Translations under genes and position numbers: made by a program
NCBI GenBank assembly: GCA_965263355.1
Contig: CBDHHL010000056.1
Location: forward strand, 2,272,001 to 2,336,000
Direction: 5' to 3'
From: Leptolyngbyaceae cyanobacterium
GTDB lineage: Bacteria; Cyanobacteriota; Cyanobacteriia; Phormidesmidales; Phormidesmidaceae
DNA: 64,000 nt
Shown: positions 41,384-52,785 of the stretch, piece by piece
Layout: every line of letters begins with the position of its first letter
Position numbering within the stretch: the stretch's first letter is position 1
The notes under the pieces: generated by a model
Database searches by the model: none
What the model was told of the DNA's origin: nothing
The model's input: the letters and a program-made list of their open reading frames with translations, nothing else

Positions 41384-41857
41384 ATGAATACGCAAAAGAT
41401 CCTCGCCTCAGGTCTACACCTGAAGCGACCATGCTTATTAGTCGCAGATTTAGAACGCTCCCTCAGCCTGTATCGAGATTGTCTAGGATTTCAGCTAGAC
41501 TATGTTGGCAAAGCTGACCCTGACTCTTATCTATATCCAGTCTTTCAGCTTCCGGCCACAGCAGAGCTACGATTTGCAGCTCTGAGTACAGCTCAAGAGC
41601 CACGGGCCTTAGCCCTGACTGAAGTTAAGGGCAGTACTCTACCACCTCCAATACCGCCTTACCGGGGGGCTACTGTTATTCGCGTGCCCACCTTAGTCAG
41701 GGTAGTATCAGAGTTGCGATCGCTAGGGTTAAGCCCCATCGAAGCCAGCTCTTTTTCCACACCTCCCAATTTGACATTTACAGAACAAGCTGTATGCGAC
41801 TTTGATGGTCACTTGATTGTGCTTTACGAAGTGCAACAACGCTATTCCAAAGCTTAA
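41384..41857 (+). CDS. VOC/glyoxalase family protein
   Basis: LVADLERSLSLYRDCLGF ... DFDGHLIVLYE. Confidence 0.7.
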   Translation: MNTQKILASGLHLKRPCLLVADLERSLSLYRDCLGFQLDYVGKADPDSYLYPVFQLPATAELRFAALSTAQEPRALALTEVKGSTLPPPIPPYRGATVIRVPTLVRVVSELRSLGLSPIEASSFSTPPNLTFTEQAVCDFDGHLIVLYEVQQRYSKA

Positions 41858-41956
41858 AGGTCACTTCCTTCGCTGCATTCCTCAGCTTGCCCCCAAAAAA
41901 TCTATTGATAGAGACTATCCATACACAGCAGATCCGATTAGAATCTGTCCAGCGCC

Positions 41957-42823
41957 TTGCATACTGGCTTAGATACTGTGGCTAATCGGTTTCTCAAAGC
42001 TCCGTTGACAATTCCCTCGTGGGCAATCCTATCGCTCCTGATGAACGCTGTCCTGTTCATCACGCTCCTGATCCTATGGCAGGAAAAACCTGGTGGTAAT
42101 GACCCCACCGTCATTCCACAAGCCAATGCAGCCTATGCCAACGATCCCAAGACCACCATTGATTCTGCATCAGTACCTCAGGTAACCACCCGACAACGCC
42201 TGAGCTACGAGCAGTGGGTCACCGTACTCGGTCAGGAAATCGCAACCATGGCCGAAAAGAACCCAGATCACCTCACTATTTTGCTAGGTGACTCACTGAG
42301 TTTATGGTTTCCAGCAGAGCTACTACCAGGTCGCCGGGTATGGATCAACCAGGGTATTTCAGGAGAAAAAACCTACACCCTCTTGAACAGACTCCATCTG
42401 CTTGATGTGGCCGAGGTAGACACAATTTTTTTAATGATCGGCATTAACGATTTAATCTGGGGCCAAAGTGACCAGCAAGTACTGGAAAGTTATCGCGACA
42501 TCATGGACTATCTGACTACCAAACATCCTAATACCCAGGTGGTAGTCCAATCGATCTTGCCCCACGGCGCAGAAACATCTACTTGGGAAAGCCGTCACCT
42601 ACTGCTCGAATTACCCAACGAACGAATTCGAACAATGAATCAATCCTTGCAGGATATCGCCAAGAATTACGATGCCCATTACCTAGAGCTCTATCCAATT
42701 TTTGCCAACGGCGAAGGCAACCTCAGACCCGATTTAACCACAGACGGGCTGCATCTAAATCGTCAAGGCTATTTGGTCTGGCGGGCTGCAATCTCACTTT
42801 ACAGCCAGCTAAAATTGCAATAG
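41957..42823 (+). CDS. GDSL/SGNH lipase/esterase with N-terminal TM segment
   Basis: LGDSLS, NQGISG, IGIND, DGLHL. Confidence 0.85.
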   Translation: MHTGLDTVANRFLKAPLTIPSWAILSLLMNAVLFITLLILWQEKPGGNDPTVIPQANAAYANDPKTTIDSASVPQVTTRQRLSYEQWVTVLGQEIATMAEKNPDHLTILLGDSLSLWFPAELLPGRRVWINQGISGEKTYTLLNRLHLLDVAEVDTIFLMIGINDLIWGQSDQQVLESYRDIMDYLTTKHPNTQVVVQSILPHGAETSTWESRHLLLELPNERIRTMNQSLQDIAKNYDAHYLELYPIFANGEGNLRPDLTTDGLHLNRQGYLVWRAAISLYSQLKLQ

Positions 42824-42933
42824 AGCAATTCATAATTTTTCAAGGCATGGCCTGCAATGTCCCTCTCCATTACCCATTGCCCATTCCCCCTTTTCGGTAG
42901 ACTAGACATATCTTCTGCCTCTTTGTAAAACCA

Positions 42934-44154
42934 ATGGATACCAGAGCTTTTCGCCGTAGCCTAAACAAGTCTGACAACTACTATCGAAATCAGGGGTTTG
43001 GCGAAAAAGAGCAAATCGCAGCCCAAATGGGTGACGAATACCAAAGTGAGCTGATTACAACTATTCGTGCCCAAGGCTACACCTACACCCAAGGCAATGT
43101 CACCATTAAGCTTGCTAAGGACTTTGGCTTTTGTTGGGGTGTTGAACGTGCCATCGCCATGGCCTATGAAGCTCGACAGCATTTTCCCAATCAACGCATC
43201 TGGATTACGAACGAAATTATTCATAACCCCGGCGTTAATCAGCGACTGCAAGAAATGAATGTCCAGTTCATCCAGGTCATTGATGGGGTCAAGGACTTTT
43301 CGGTAGTCGATCAAGGCGATGTCGTCATTTTGCCCGCGTTTGGTGCCAGCATTGACGAAATGAAATTGCTTAACGAACGGGGCTGCACCATGATCGATAC
43401 CACCTGTCCCTGGGTATCCAAGGTTTGGACCACGGTGGAAAAGCATAAAAAACAGTCATTCACCTCCATTATCCACGGTAAATACAAGCACGAAGAGACG
43501 GTCGCCACCAAGTCCTTTGCTAACAAGTATTTAGTCGTTCTAAATCTAGATGAAGCCAAATACGTCGCCAATTACATCCTTAATGGTGGCGACCGTAACG
43601 AGTTTTTGACTAAATTTGCCAACGCCTATTCCGAAGGATTTGACCCTGACCAAGATCTAAATGCCGTGGGCATAGCCAATCAAACCACAATGCTAAAAGG
43701 AGAAACTGAACAAATTGGCAAGCTGCTAGAACACACCATGTTGAAAAAGTATGGCCCCCATGCCCTCAACGAGCATTTTTCTAGCTTCAACACCATCTGT
43801 GACGCTACCCAAGAACGTCAAGATGCCATGTTTGAGCTAGTCGATATGAAGCTAGATCTGATAGTCGTAATTGGTGGCTTTAATTCATCCAACACCACTC
43901 ACCTGCAGGAAATTGCGATTGAGCAGGGAATCCCTTCCTATCACATTGACAGCCCTCAACGTTTGGGACCCGGCAATCAAATCGAACATAAACCCCTGCA
44001 CCAAGCGACAACAGTTGATCAAAACTGGCTACCAGCAGGGAAAGTTGTGATTGGCATTACCTCTGGTGCCTCCACCCCCGACAGATCTGTTGACCAGGTC
44101 ATTCAACGGATTTTTCAACTCCAGGCAGAACTGCCTACAGCTGTAGGAGTTTAA
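42934..44154 (+). CDS. ispH: 4-hydroxy-3-methylbut-2-enyl diphosphate reductase
   Basis: [35 protein letters not shown]. Confidence 0.95.
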   Translation: MDTRAFRRSLNKSDNYYRNQGFGEKEQIAAQMGDEYQSELITTIRAQGYTYTQGNVTIKLAKDFGFCWGVERAIAMAYEARQHFPNQRIWITNEIIHNPGVNQRLQEMNVQFIQVIDGVKDFSVVDQGDVVILPAFGASIDEMKLLNERGCTMIDTTCPWVSKVWTTVEKHKKQSFTSIIHGKYKHEETVATKSFANKYLVVLNLDEAKYVANYILNGGDRNEFLTKFANAYSEGFDPDQDLNAVGIANQTTMLKGETEQIGKLLEHTMLKKYGPHALNEHFSSFNTICDATQERQDAMFELVDMKLDLIVVIGGFNSSNTTHLQEIAIEQGIPSYHIDSPQRLGPGNQIEHKPLHQATTVDQNWLPAGKVVIGITSGASTPDRSVDQVIQRIFQLQAELPTAVGV

Positions 44155-44642
44155 AGGGCTGCCTGATTGGCTGAATGTATATGCCTCATACGCTGAGCAA
44201 TAGTAATGATTAAAGCTCCAAAGATACCCATTTAGAGAGGATCATGGACATAGTTAACGCTCTAAGCGATAAAGGCAACCCTAGGCGTCCTAAGTGGCGA
44301 CAGAGAGGGTATTTTCCCTAAAATATCGAGATGGACATACACAACTTGTCAACCGACTTTTTTGTTTGTAAGTAGACAACGGTTTTTCACAGAGGTCATG
44401 GGACAGTTTTTAATTTTCTGCCATTAAAAACCTTACTGCCAAAGTCAGTGAGTGCAACCAGCTTCTACACACTGCAAAAGTTCTATACGCAAGTATTCCA
44501 GCATCTACCTAGTCTGATTTGATACCTGGTTAACATCTCAGACATGGCTTCAGTAGAGCCACGGGTGCAATTGCATCCGAAAATCATTAATTCTTTTAGG
44601 TAGACTTAGCTGACAACATGTAAGTTCCTGATTGAGTTCCTG

Positions 44643-46007
44643 GTGACTATGGTTCGTACAGATATCCAGAACGCCCAACACGTTTTATACGATTTCTTTC
44701 TCTACAGTGTTCAAACAGAACCTGTTGATGTCGTTTTGGCTACATTTCGCCGTCTCTTTGTGGATTATGTCGAATCATCCACTGAGTCAGAGCTTCCCGT
44801 CGCCCTTTACTCCATCGTTATTGCCAATAGCGAAGAGCAATTTCTGTTTACCCTGAAACGGGTTTGCTACATATTGATCAATAACTGGGGCATTCAACGT
44901 CGACCAGAAGCAATTAAAGCTCTCATCAAAATGTTTGATGACCAAGTGCTTTTACGCCCAGGTGTGTCGATCATCCTCAAACGATTGCGTAGTTGGATGA
45001 AGAGCTTTCTGACCAGTCAGGATTTTCAAGATCTCAAACTGTTTGCTGCCCGCTATGAGCAGGAGCAACATTGGAGTGAACGATATACATCCTATCTACT
45101 GGCACCTCAATACCTTAATCTAGAAAATCCTATAGAGCAGCGGGAAGCTGCTCGCAGTTTATCGTCGCAACTCAAGTCTAAGTTTCGCTTTGACCTAGCG
45201 ATGTATACCGCAAAATCACAGATGGATTGCCCTTCAACCACAGTGGACAATCCAACGATGTTGGGCGAAACTGCGATCAATTTAATTAAAATGCTGCTGC
45301 TTCAGCCAGGGCGCTTTGGCTACGAAAACCTAGCAAATTTGTTGCACCAGCAATGTCATCAGCTTAATTACTGGAACTTCAAACGGGCGCTTCTACATTA
45401 TCTGGCCTATGCCTTACCCAACAATGCCATCACCGCATCCCTAAAGGAAAAGCTACCCAATTCCGTCCTGCCCCTATATCGCCATAACGATACGGAACTG
45501 ATTACAGAAGCCTTGAGTTTGCGCACATGCAAGTGTGTAGTTGACTTTCTTACCAGTGCCGACGGCGAAAAGCCCTCCCAGTTATTTAGTATGTTTCTGG
45601 CCCAGGGCAACCCCCTCGTGCTAGTGATTTTATTGTTGAAGATTGCCCTGTTTTGCCCCCATGTACAGGCCCATCTTGAACTTCGCATTGCCAGCTTAAT
45701 TCGTTATTACGAAATTTACTCAGAAGGTGACTGTCGCTGGGTAATCAACTTTTTTGAGGTATTTCGCATTACCTTTGCAGTTTATGCCAGTGGTACACTC
45801 TACAACCTCGTACATGTCTCGACTGATGATTCCTCTCCCTCATCCCTGAGTGCCTATCGGATTTTTTCTCAGCTGCGTGACCAGCATATTAAATTAGAGC
45901 AAGTCACACCAGAATTAGTACAGGCTTTGACTGAGGAAGATACACTGCACATGACACCCCTACCAGCGGAGGTGCCCACTATCTCACCTCAGGCGATCGC
46001 AAGTTAG
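44643..46007 (+). CDS. Conserved cyanobacterial hypothetical protein
   Basis: 454-aa ORF; LKRVCYILINNW and FRFDLAMYTA look like conserved blocks. Confidence 0.65.
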   Translation: MTMVRTDIQNAQHVLYDFFLYSVQTEPVDVVLATFRRLFVDYVESSTESELPVALYSIVIANSEEQFLFTLKRVCYILINNWGIQRRPEAIKALIKMFDDQVLLRPGVSIILKRLRSWMKSFLTSQDFQDLKLFAARYEQEQHWSERYTSYLLAPQYLNLENPIEQREAARSLSSQLKSKFRFDLAMYTAKSQMDCPSTTVDNPTMLGETAINLIKMLLLQPGRFGYENLANLLHQQCHQLNYWNFKRALLHYLAYALPNNAITASLKEKLPNSVLPLYRHNDTELITEALSLRTCKCVVDFLTSADGEKPSQLFSMFLAQGNPLVLVILLLKIALFCPHVQAHLELRIASLIRYYEIYSEGDCRWVINFFEVFRITFAVYASGTLYNLVHVSTDDSSPSSLSAYRIFSQLRDQHIKLEQVTPELVQALTEEDTLHMTPLPAEVPTISPQAIAS

Positions 46008-46033
46008 TCCCTGGCAAGAGTCTCAACGCGGCC

Positions 46034-46834
46034 CTAGTCAGCCTGACGAGCAAACTGATAGGCTCCTTGGACAGAAAGCGCGATCGCAACTATTAACAGC
46101 ACTGGTATTGAATACCAGGGAAATTGATTAAGCGGCTGATATGCTGCAGCACGTAAACCAACTGTCGTGTATGTCAGGGGCAACAGATAAACAATGCCCT
46201 TAAGCAAGGTTGGCAGTGTGGATGGCTCAAAAAACGTTGCTCCCAGAAATGACATCGGCACAATCAAAAAGTTGTTAAACAACCCGACGCTTTCTAAGGA
46301 CTTAACATTTAAGCCAACGATCACCCCCAGACCGGCAAAGACTGCACAGTTCAGCACCAATAGCAGCAAGAACAACGGGTTTAGAAAACTCCACACATCA
46401 CGGGTAAATAGCACCGCTACTAAAATCACTGAGCCTGCCGTCAATAGGCCACGCACAATACCCGCCAACATTTTCCCTAAATGCATTGCCAGGGGATGAA
46501 TGGGAAACAGCAGCATTTCCTCAAAATTTTTCGTAAACAGTCTTTCCCCACAGATGGAAAATGTAGTCCCGCCAAAGCTAATCACCATGGACGAAAGCGC
46601 CACCATACCAGGCAAAATAAATTCTAAATAACTATCCCCAATTGGCGGTGGCGCTACCTGATCAAGAGAGCTTCCCAAGCCTAGGCCAAAGGCAAGAATA
46701 TAGATCAGTGGCGACACCAATCCTGAGGCCGCCACCTGGGGAATCCGCACCCGCAAATCCAACCAGTCTCCCCAGAAAATGGTCCAGGTGTCTGCCAAGA
46801 GTGTGCGCAGTGTACGATCGCTCAAGATTTTCAC
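46034..46834 (-). CDS. ABC-2 type transporter permease
   Basis: YLEFILPG, FLGATFF, LLPLTY, 6 TM segments. Confidence 0.82.
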   Translation of the reverse strand: MKILSDRTLRTLLADTWTIFWGDWLDLRVRIPQVAASGLVSPLIYILAFGLGLGSSLDQVAPPPIGDSYLEFILPGMVALSSMVISFGGTTFSICGERLFTKNFEEMLLFPIHPLAMHLGKMLAGIVRGLLTAGSVILVAVLFTRDVWSFLNPLFLLLLVLNCAVFAGLGVIVGLNVKSLESVGLFNNFLIVPMSFLGATFFEPSTLPTLLKGIVYLLPLTYTTVGLRAAAYQPLNQFPWYSIPVLLIVAIALSVQGAYQFARQAD

Positions 46835-47198
46835 AACGTTCTAAGACTAGATTATTAAGATATCTTTATTATCGACGGTTACGGCCTTGTTTTTCCCATA
46901 TTCTTGCCTAACTGAATTAGCTCTACTTCAAAAGTCATACTGATTTTCCTAACCACAGGGCAATCACCACCAAATTAGAGGGGTTGTTCGATCACAGGCA
47001 CTAAATCTAGTGTCTTGACCGCCTAAAAGTTAGGGCCAAACATCGCCATAATCCTAGATTTATCTAGCAGATCAGGTTATTTGAGCGAGTCTACAGATTT
47101 CAACTCTGAAGAACTATTACGCTTCCTCACAAAGAATGTAAACAGCGTCATGCACAGTGATAGATTTGTGAGCGATAAGGTTGAGAGATAATATTTCC

Positions 47199-47627
47199 AT
47201 GTCTGAAGAAATTACTGGCAAAACTCCGATCTTTGGTGGCAGCACTGGTGGTTTGCTTTCCGCTGCTGAAAAGGAAGAAAAGTACGTTATCACTTGGAGC
47301 AGTACAAAGGAGCAGCCCTTTGAAATGCCCACTGGTGGTGCAGCTATCATGAATTCTGGCGCGAATATGCTTTATTTGGCTCGTAAAGAGCAATGTTTAG
47401 CTCTCAGCCGCCAGCTTAAGACCAAATTTAAGCCCAGAATTACTGACTATAAGATTTACCGTGTTCTACCCACTGGCGAAACTACCTATCTACATCCTGC
47501 TGATGGTGTAGTCCCTGAAAAGGTAAACGAAGGTCGCGCCTTCAACGGTAAGAAAGATCGCAGCATCGGTGAAAATCCCAACCCCGCCACTATTAAGTTC
47601 AGTGGTAAAGAGACCTACGAAGTTTAA
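47199..47627 (+). CDS. psaD: Photosystem I subunit II
   Basis: [39 protein letters not shown]. Confidence 0.96.
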   Translation: MSEEITGKTPIFGGSTGGLLSAAEKEEKYVITWSSTKEQPFEMPTGGAAIMNSGANMLYLARKEQCLALSRQLKTKFKPRITDYKIYRVLPTGETTYLHPADGVVPEKVNEGRAFNGKKDRSIGENPNPATIKFSGKETYEV

Positions 47628-47680
47628 GCCTAATAGCGACTCGCTGAGTGCATTGGCTTAGAAAGCAATACTATGGTTTC

Positions 47681-47710
47681 AAAGAGGCAGTCCATGGGCT
47701 GCCTCTTTTT
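47681..47710 (+). terminator. Terminator after psaD
   Basis: aaagaggcag...ctgcctcttttt. Confidence 0.7.
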
Positions 47711-47873
47711 AGTGGCTCAACTGAATAGCTCCATGGGTCAGCCGTCCTGCTGCTTGCCAATGGTTCAAATCATAAGGCAGGCTGAGTAAACGTTATCCAT
47801 AAACTATAGTTTTCTGTAGAGCAAACTCAAGGTTTCAACGCTATTGAGCCTGTGTCTACCACTCCAATATTCC

Positions 47874-49406
47874 ATGATCTATCCAGACCTAGCGACGTTT
47901 AAGGCCCTTGCCCTACAAGGTAACTTTGTTCCGGTATACCAGGAGTGGGTGGCCGATCTGGATACTCCAGTATCAGCCTGGTGCAAAGTATGTGCAGGTC
48001 AACCCTATAGTTTTTTGCTGGAATCAGTAGAAGGGGGTGAACATCTTGGTCGCTACAGTCTTTTAGGATGCGATCCCCTATGGACACTAGAAGCCAGAGG
48101 GGAAACAACTACTCAGCGATTTCGAAATGGGGATGAGCAGGTTTTTACAGGTAACCCGTTTGAGATTTTGGCCAACTGTCTTGCTCCCTACCAGCCAGTA
48201 ACATTACCTGAATTACCCCCTGGTATTGGTGGACTCTTTGGATTTTGGGGCTATGAATTGATTAAGTGGATCGAGCCGACAGTGACGATCCATTCTGCCA
48301 ATCGGGACGACCTGCCCGACGGTCTGTGGATGCAGGTGGATAGCCTGCTGATTTTTGATCAGGTTAAGCGAAAAATCTGGGCCGTCAGCTATGCCGATTT
48401 GCGTGATCCGACGGTTAATTTAGACCAAATCTATGGAGAAAGTTGCGATCGCATCACCACCCTGGTCAACAAACTCAACCTGCCCTTATCTAACCAAGAC
48501 AGTCGTCTCTCCTGGACTCCCCCCAGCAGCAACCAAGCGACAGAACTGAAATACACCAGCAATCGCACCAAGGAGGAGTTTTGCCACTGTGTCGAAACCG
48601 CCAAAGCCCATATTAAAGCTGGAGATATTTTTCAGGTAGTCATCTCCCAACGCCTGACCACCGACTATAGTGGCAATCCCTTTGACCTCTATCGTTCATT
48701 ACGGCTAGTTAATCCGTCACCTTACATGGCCTACTTCAACTTCCAAGATTGGCAAATTATCGGCTCCAGTCCTGAGGTAATGGTCAAAGCCACCCGTGAA
48801 GGAAATGACAATACCCTGTCTGCGCTTTTGCGGCCTATTGCTGGTACCCGTCCTCGCGGTAAAACACCGACCGAAGATAATGCCTATGCGGAAGATCTGC
48901 TAGCCGACCCTAAAGAAATTGCTGAGCACATCATGCTGGTAGACTTGGGCCGAAACGACCTGGGCCGCGTGTGTACCAGCGGCACCGTCAGCGTAGATGA
49001 ACTAATGATCATCGAACGTTACTCCCACGTGATGCATATTGTCAGTAACGTAATTGGTCAACTGGCTCCTGGAAAAACTGCCTGGGACTTGCTCAAAGCC
49101 TGCTTTCCCGCCGGCACCGTCAGTGGAGCGCCTAAGATCCGTGCTATGCAAATTATTAACGACCTGGAACCCTGTCGTCGAGGCCCCTATTCTGGTGTCT
49201 ATGGGTACTACGACTTTGAAGGACAGCTCAATAGCGCCATTACTATCCGCACCATGGTAGTGGAAGGCAAAGAAGATGGCAGCCATCGCATCAGCGTTCA
49301 GGCTGGAGCAGGATTGGTTGCCGACTCAATCCCTGACAACGAATATCAGGAAACCCTCAATAAAGCCCGGGGAATGCTTGAAGCTGTCCAATGCTTGAAG
49401 ACTTGA
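47874..49406 (+). CDS. trpE: Anthranilate synthase component I
   Basis: FLLESVEGG, GDIFQVV, RPIAGTRPRG, EHIMLVDLGRND, GTVSGAPK. Confidence 0.92.
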   Translation: MIYPDLATFKALALQGNFVPVYQEWVADLDTPVSAWCKVCAGQPYSFLLESVEGGEHLGRYSLLGCDPLWTLEARGETTTQRFRNGDEQVFTGNPFEILANCLAPYQPVTLPELPPGIGGLFGFWGYELIKWIEPTVTIHSANRDDLPDGLWMQVDSLLIFDQVKRKIWAVSYADLRDPTVNLDQIYGESCDRITTLVNKLNLPLSNQDSRLSWTPPSSNQATELKYTSNRTKEEFCHCVETAKAHIKAGDIFQVVISQRLTTDYSGNPFDLYRSLRLVNPSPYMAYFNFQDWQIIGSSPEVMVKATREGNDNTLSALLRPIAGTRPRGKTPTEDNAYAEDLLADPKEIAEHIMLVDLGRNDLGRVCTSGTVSVDELMIIERYSHVMHIVSNVIGQLAPGKTAWDLLKACFPAGTVSGAPKIRAMQIINDLEPCRRGPYSGVYGYYDFEGQLNSAITIRTMVVEGKEDGSHRISVQAGAGLVADSIPDNEYQETLNKARGMLEAVQCLKT

Positions 49407-49587
49407 AAGAGATTTTCTAGAAAATGTGCATAATTTCAGAAAATTGCACGTAAAACTTTATGTCACTGCCCTAACGCAGAAAAATAAGAACTTCTGAGTA
49501 TCTTCTGATGTTATTGCTGTTCTAGGCAAACTAGCTTGGATAAAGGAACATAACTTAGCAACAAAAATCAATATTTGTGCTCAAACC

Positions 49588-49932
49588 TTGTCTGAAAAAA
49601 CGTACTTTTTTAATCCAGAGTTATGCCGTAATGAAACCGAGGTTGTTAGCAAGTTTATTGTTCATTATTTACTCCCTGCCCTAGGATATACCCCGAGCGA
49701 TTGGGGGCAGGAAGTCACGATAGGTAATCTGCGATTAGATGTACTTGCGATCGCAGCAAACATACTCAACCAAAAACATTGGTTTCGACTAGTGATAGAA
49801 GCCAAAGGCCCTAAAACATCGTTAGATGCTCACGTCAGAAAACTACGTCAATATCAAAACAGCTTTCAAGCCCGTTACGGCATATTGACGAATGGGAAAC
49901 AGGTTAAGCAACACATGGCTAACCAAAATTAA
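49588..49932 (+). pseudogene. Truncated type I restriction HsdR N-terminal (PD-(D/E)xK) domain
   Basis: NETEVVSKFI..LLPALGY, RLD, IEAK, YGILTNG, then stops almost immediately. Confidence 0.6.
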
Positions 49933-49939
49933 CTATTAA

Positions 49940-50865
49940 CTAAACCTCATTCGGATCAATGCCTAGCTCCTGTAACTTAGCAGCAAGACGTTCAGCTTTA
50001 GCTTGTGCCTGAGCAATCTGCATTTGAGCCTGAGCTGCTTGAATCTGAGCTTGAACAGCGCTCTCCTCCGGAGTGAGTAATCGCTTACCCATTTCGTCAT
50101 ACCAATAGAGCCATTCACGCTCCCATCCCTGATGGATACCCCGATCTCGCCCTAACGCCAGACCGATTTCCGGTAGCCAGATCGGGCCTGCATCGCTTAA
50201 ACGCTGGTAGCCACCGTTGACCAAATGGTAAACCTCCAGAGGATCTCGGTTTTGATACCGTCTGGGGTTAGGCAAATACACCGCATAGTAGGGAATGCCC
50301 AGATCAATGTAGCGTTCTCGCTTGCGCTCATATTCACCTCCATAGGTTTTAGAGACTACTTCTAATGCCAGGGTAGGGACAATATTATCTTCTGGTAGCC
50401 ACCGTTGACCAAATGGTAAACCTCCAGAGGATCTCGGTTTTGATACCGTCTGGGGTTAGGCAAATACACCGCATAGTAGGGAATGCCCAGATCAATGTAG
50501 CGTTCTCGCTTGCGCTCATATTCACCTCCATAGGTTTTAGAGACTACTTCTAATGCCAGGGTAGGGACAATATTATCTTCTTCCCACAGCACATAGCTCA
50601 AACGACCGTCTTCGCCATTCACCCGGCGTTCTACACCTAAGCTGAGAAATCCATCGGGAACAATAGCAGACTCCTTGGGGGCAAAATATACGCCCATATC
50701 AACACCGAAGAACCAGTCATCACGGGTTGCCCAGTTAAGGGCCAGGGTGCTGGCCAACAGGTTAGGAATCAGATTTTGTAACTCGTTATCCACCGGGGTA
50801 TCGTCCGAGTCGGGTAGCTCGAATGAAGAGGGCAAACGCTGCGTCGGATCGTACTTAAGTACCAT
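49940..50865 (-). pseudogene. Uma2-family endonuclease interrupted by a 188-bp tandem duplication
   Basis: LPDSDDTPVDNELQ, VPDGFL, LEVVS, WLYWYD. Removing one copy gives an intact 245-aa ORF. Confidence 0.82.
50204..50579. repeat. Tandem duplication, 2 x 188 bp
   Basis: 50204-50391 reads identical to 50392-50579. Confidence 0.92.
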
Positions 50866-51162
50866 GCTGAAGACGAGGAATAAGTATATCTATACTAGCC
50901 CACTAGACGAGACACCCCATGCGGATGGCTTTCATACAGATACAGCCAACATTCCACACTCTCAACTGTCACAATCAGATATTAAATTTGAAAGCCTTTT
51001 CCATAGAGACTTTGAGTACCTAGATAATTCATTTGAACTATTCCCAGATCATTCTCAATAGTTAGATTCTATTGAGAATTCATGTCTCTTTAGATGCTGT
51101 GATCCGTTGGCTTCGTTATTAATTATCCGATGTGCCAATTTAATGGCGGAATGTGGGATACA

Positions 51163-51290
51163 GATAAAATATTTACAATTATCGACGGTTAGCAGCGATT
51201 AGCCATCCTCAGCATTTTGGCAATCGATGTAATTGAGAAAATAGATTAGCTGACACAGAAAGGCATTGATGTCTGAAAACATCAAGATCT
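51163..51290 (+). pseudogene. DUF262 (GmrSD/ParB-like) gene remnant
   Basis: Reads DKIFTIIDG*QRLAILSILAIDVIEKID*, i.e. the DGQQR motif with CAG changed to TAG. Confidence 0.55.
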
Positions 51291-51394
51291 CCAGGAACTT
51301 TTAAGGCAAACCTATCTTGGCGATCTCGACCCGTGTTTTAGGACATCCTCCCCTTGTTTGGTCAGGGGAGGTACTGTAAGCAGAGGTATAAGGG

Positions 51395-52474
51395 CTATAG
51401 CAAATGTAGAAACTTATCTTCCTTACCCAGTGCCTTAACAGCTTTTTTGATTTCCTGGGTGCGTTCTTTTTTCACAATCAGGGTGGCATTGCCATCACGC
51501 ACAATCACCACATCTTCTAAGCCAATGGTGACGACCACCTCATCTTCATTAGAGGAGTAAACAATACAACCATTGGTATCGTGGGCCTGGTGCTCACACA
51601 TATCCACATTGGCAGCATCCCCCTTCATTAAGCGCTCAATGGCATTCCAATCACCCAGGTCATCCCAGCCAAAGTTAGCAGGAATCACGTAGGCTTTCTG
51701 GGTTTTTTCCATCACTGCATAGTCGATGCTGAGCTTTTCTAATTCGGCATAGGCATCGACTCCCTTGCTGAGCAACGGTCCCATCAATTCAGGTGCATAG
51801 GTTTTGAGTTCGTCGATCATCACACCAGCCGGAAAGATAAACATACCGCTGTTCCAGCTGTAGCGACCGCTGGCTAGAAACTCTTCAGCAACGCTGCGCT
51901 CGGGCTTTTCAGTAAAACGACTAACGCGGTAAGTCGCCAAGTCACCATATTTTCCTGCATCATCGCCCTGCTCAATATAACCATACCCAGTGGAGGGGAA
52001 AGTGGGTTGAATACCAAGTGTGGCAATTGCCTGCTGACTCTGGGCTAGTTCAGCTGCAGCGTGAATCGTAGCTCGGAACTTGGGTTCATCGGTGATGTAG
52101 TGATCGGCAGGGAAAAAACATGCGATCGCATCATTCCCATGGCGCTTAGCCACCTCTAGCGTTGCCCAAGCGACCGCTGGTGCAGTATCTCGCCCCTGAG
52201 GCTCCACCAAAATATTCTCAGCGGGCAGCTCGGGTAGCTGTTGTTTTACCCCCTCTGCCAAATGAGATGCCGTAATTACCCAAATTGCATCCCAGCCACC
52301 AGCCAATGGCAACAACCGATCAGCTGTAGACTGCATCAAACTACGACCGCTACCGTCTAAACATAAGAACTGCTTGGGATTCTTGAGACGACTTACGGGC
52401 CAAAAGCGCTCCCCTTTACCGCCAGCTAAAATAATCGGCACTAACTTTAGAGTTTGATTGATAGGTTGTGTCAT
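51395..52474 (-). CDS. Mannose-1-phosphate guanylyltransferase
   Basis: ILAGGKGERFWPVSR, PKQFL, FTEKP, WNSGMF, SIDYAVMEK, WDDLGDW. Confidence 0.9.
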   Translation of the reverse strand: MTQPINQTLKLVPIILAGGKGERFWPVSRLKNPKQFLCLDGSGRSLMQSTADRLLPLAGGWDAIWVITASHLAEGVKQQLPELPAENILVEPQGRDTAPAVAWATLEVAKRHGNDAIACFFPADHYITDEPKFRATIHAAAELAQSQQAIATLGIQPTFPSTGYGYIEQGDDAGKYGDLATYRVSRFTEKPERSVAEEFLASGRYSWNSGMFIFPAGVMIDELKTYAPELMGPLLSKGVDAYAELEKLSIDYAVMEKTQKAYVIPANFGWDDLGDWNAIERLMKGDAANVDMCEHQAHDTNGCIVYSSNEDEVVVTIGLEDVVIVRDGNATLIVKKERTQEIKKAVKALGKEDKFLHLL

Positions 52475-52695
52475 TGTTTACTTAATAAAGTTAAATTACG
52501 GCGTTAAAATGATGTGTCCCTATGGAGTTCCGAACAATATTAGCGACTACTCAAAACACACAGTGAACAGGTAGCTTAATATTAGTTAACTTCTCAACTA
52601 TGTGTAGACCATGTCAAATGTCTTTAACCCCATAGTTCAGGCTAGTTTGGCAACGTTATCTACCCATGAGTAACCCATAAGCAAATTTGTTGCTT

Positions 52696-52766
52696 AAACC
52701 ATGTCTAAGTTAAAACCTGCAGCTTCCCCTACGGAAAAACGACCGTTCTGGACATGGACAAGGTTT
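52696..52766. mobile_element. Short MITE-like element, copy 2
   Basis: aaaccatgtcta ... cccctacgg ... ttctggacatggacaaggttt; homologous to 35796-35868. Confidence 0.5.
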
Positions 52767-52785
52767 AACAACCAACCAACCCAAA

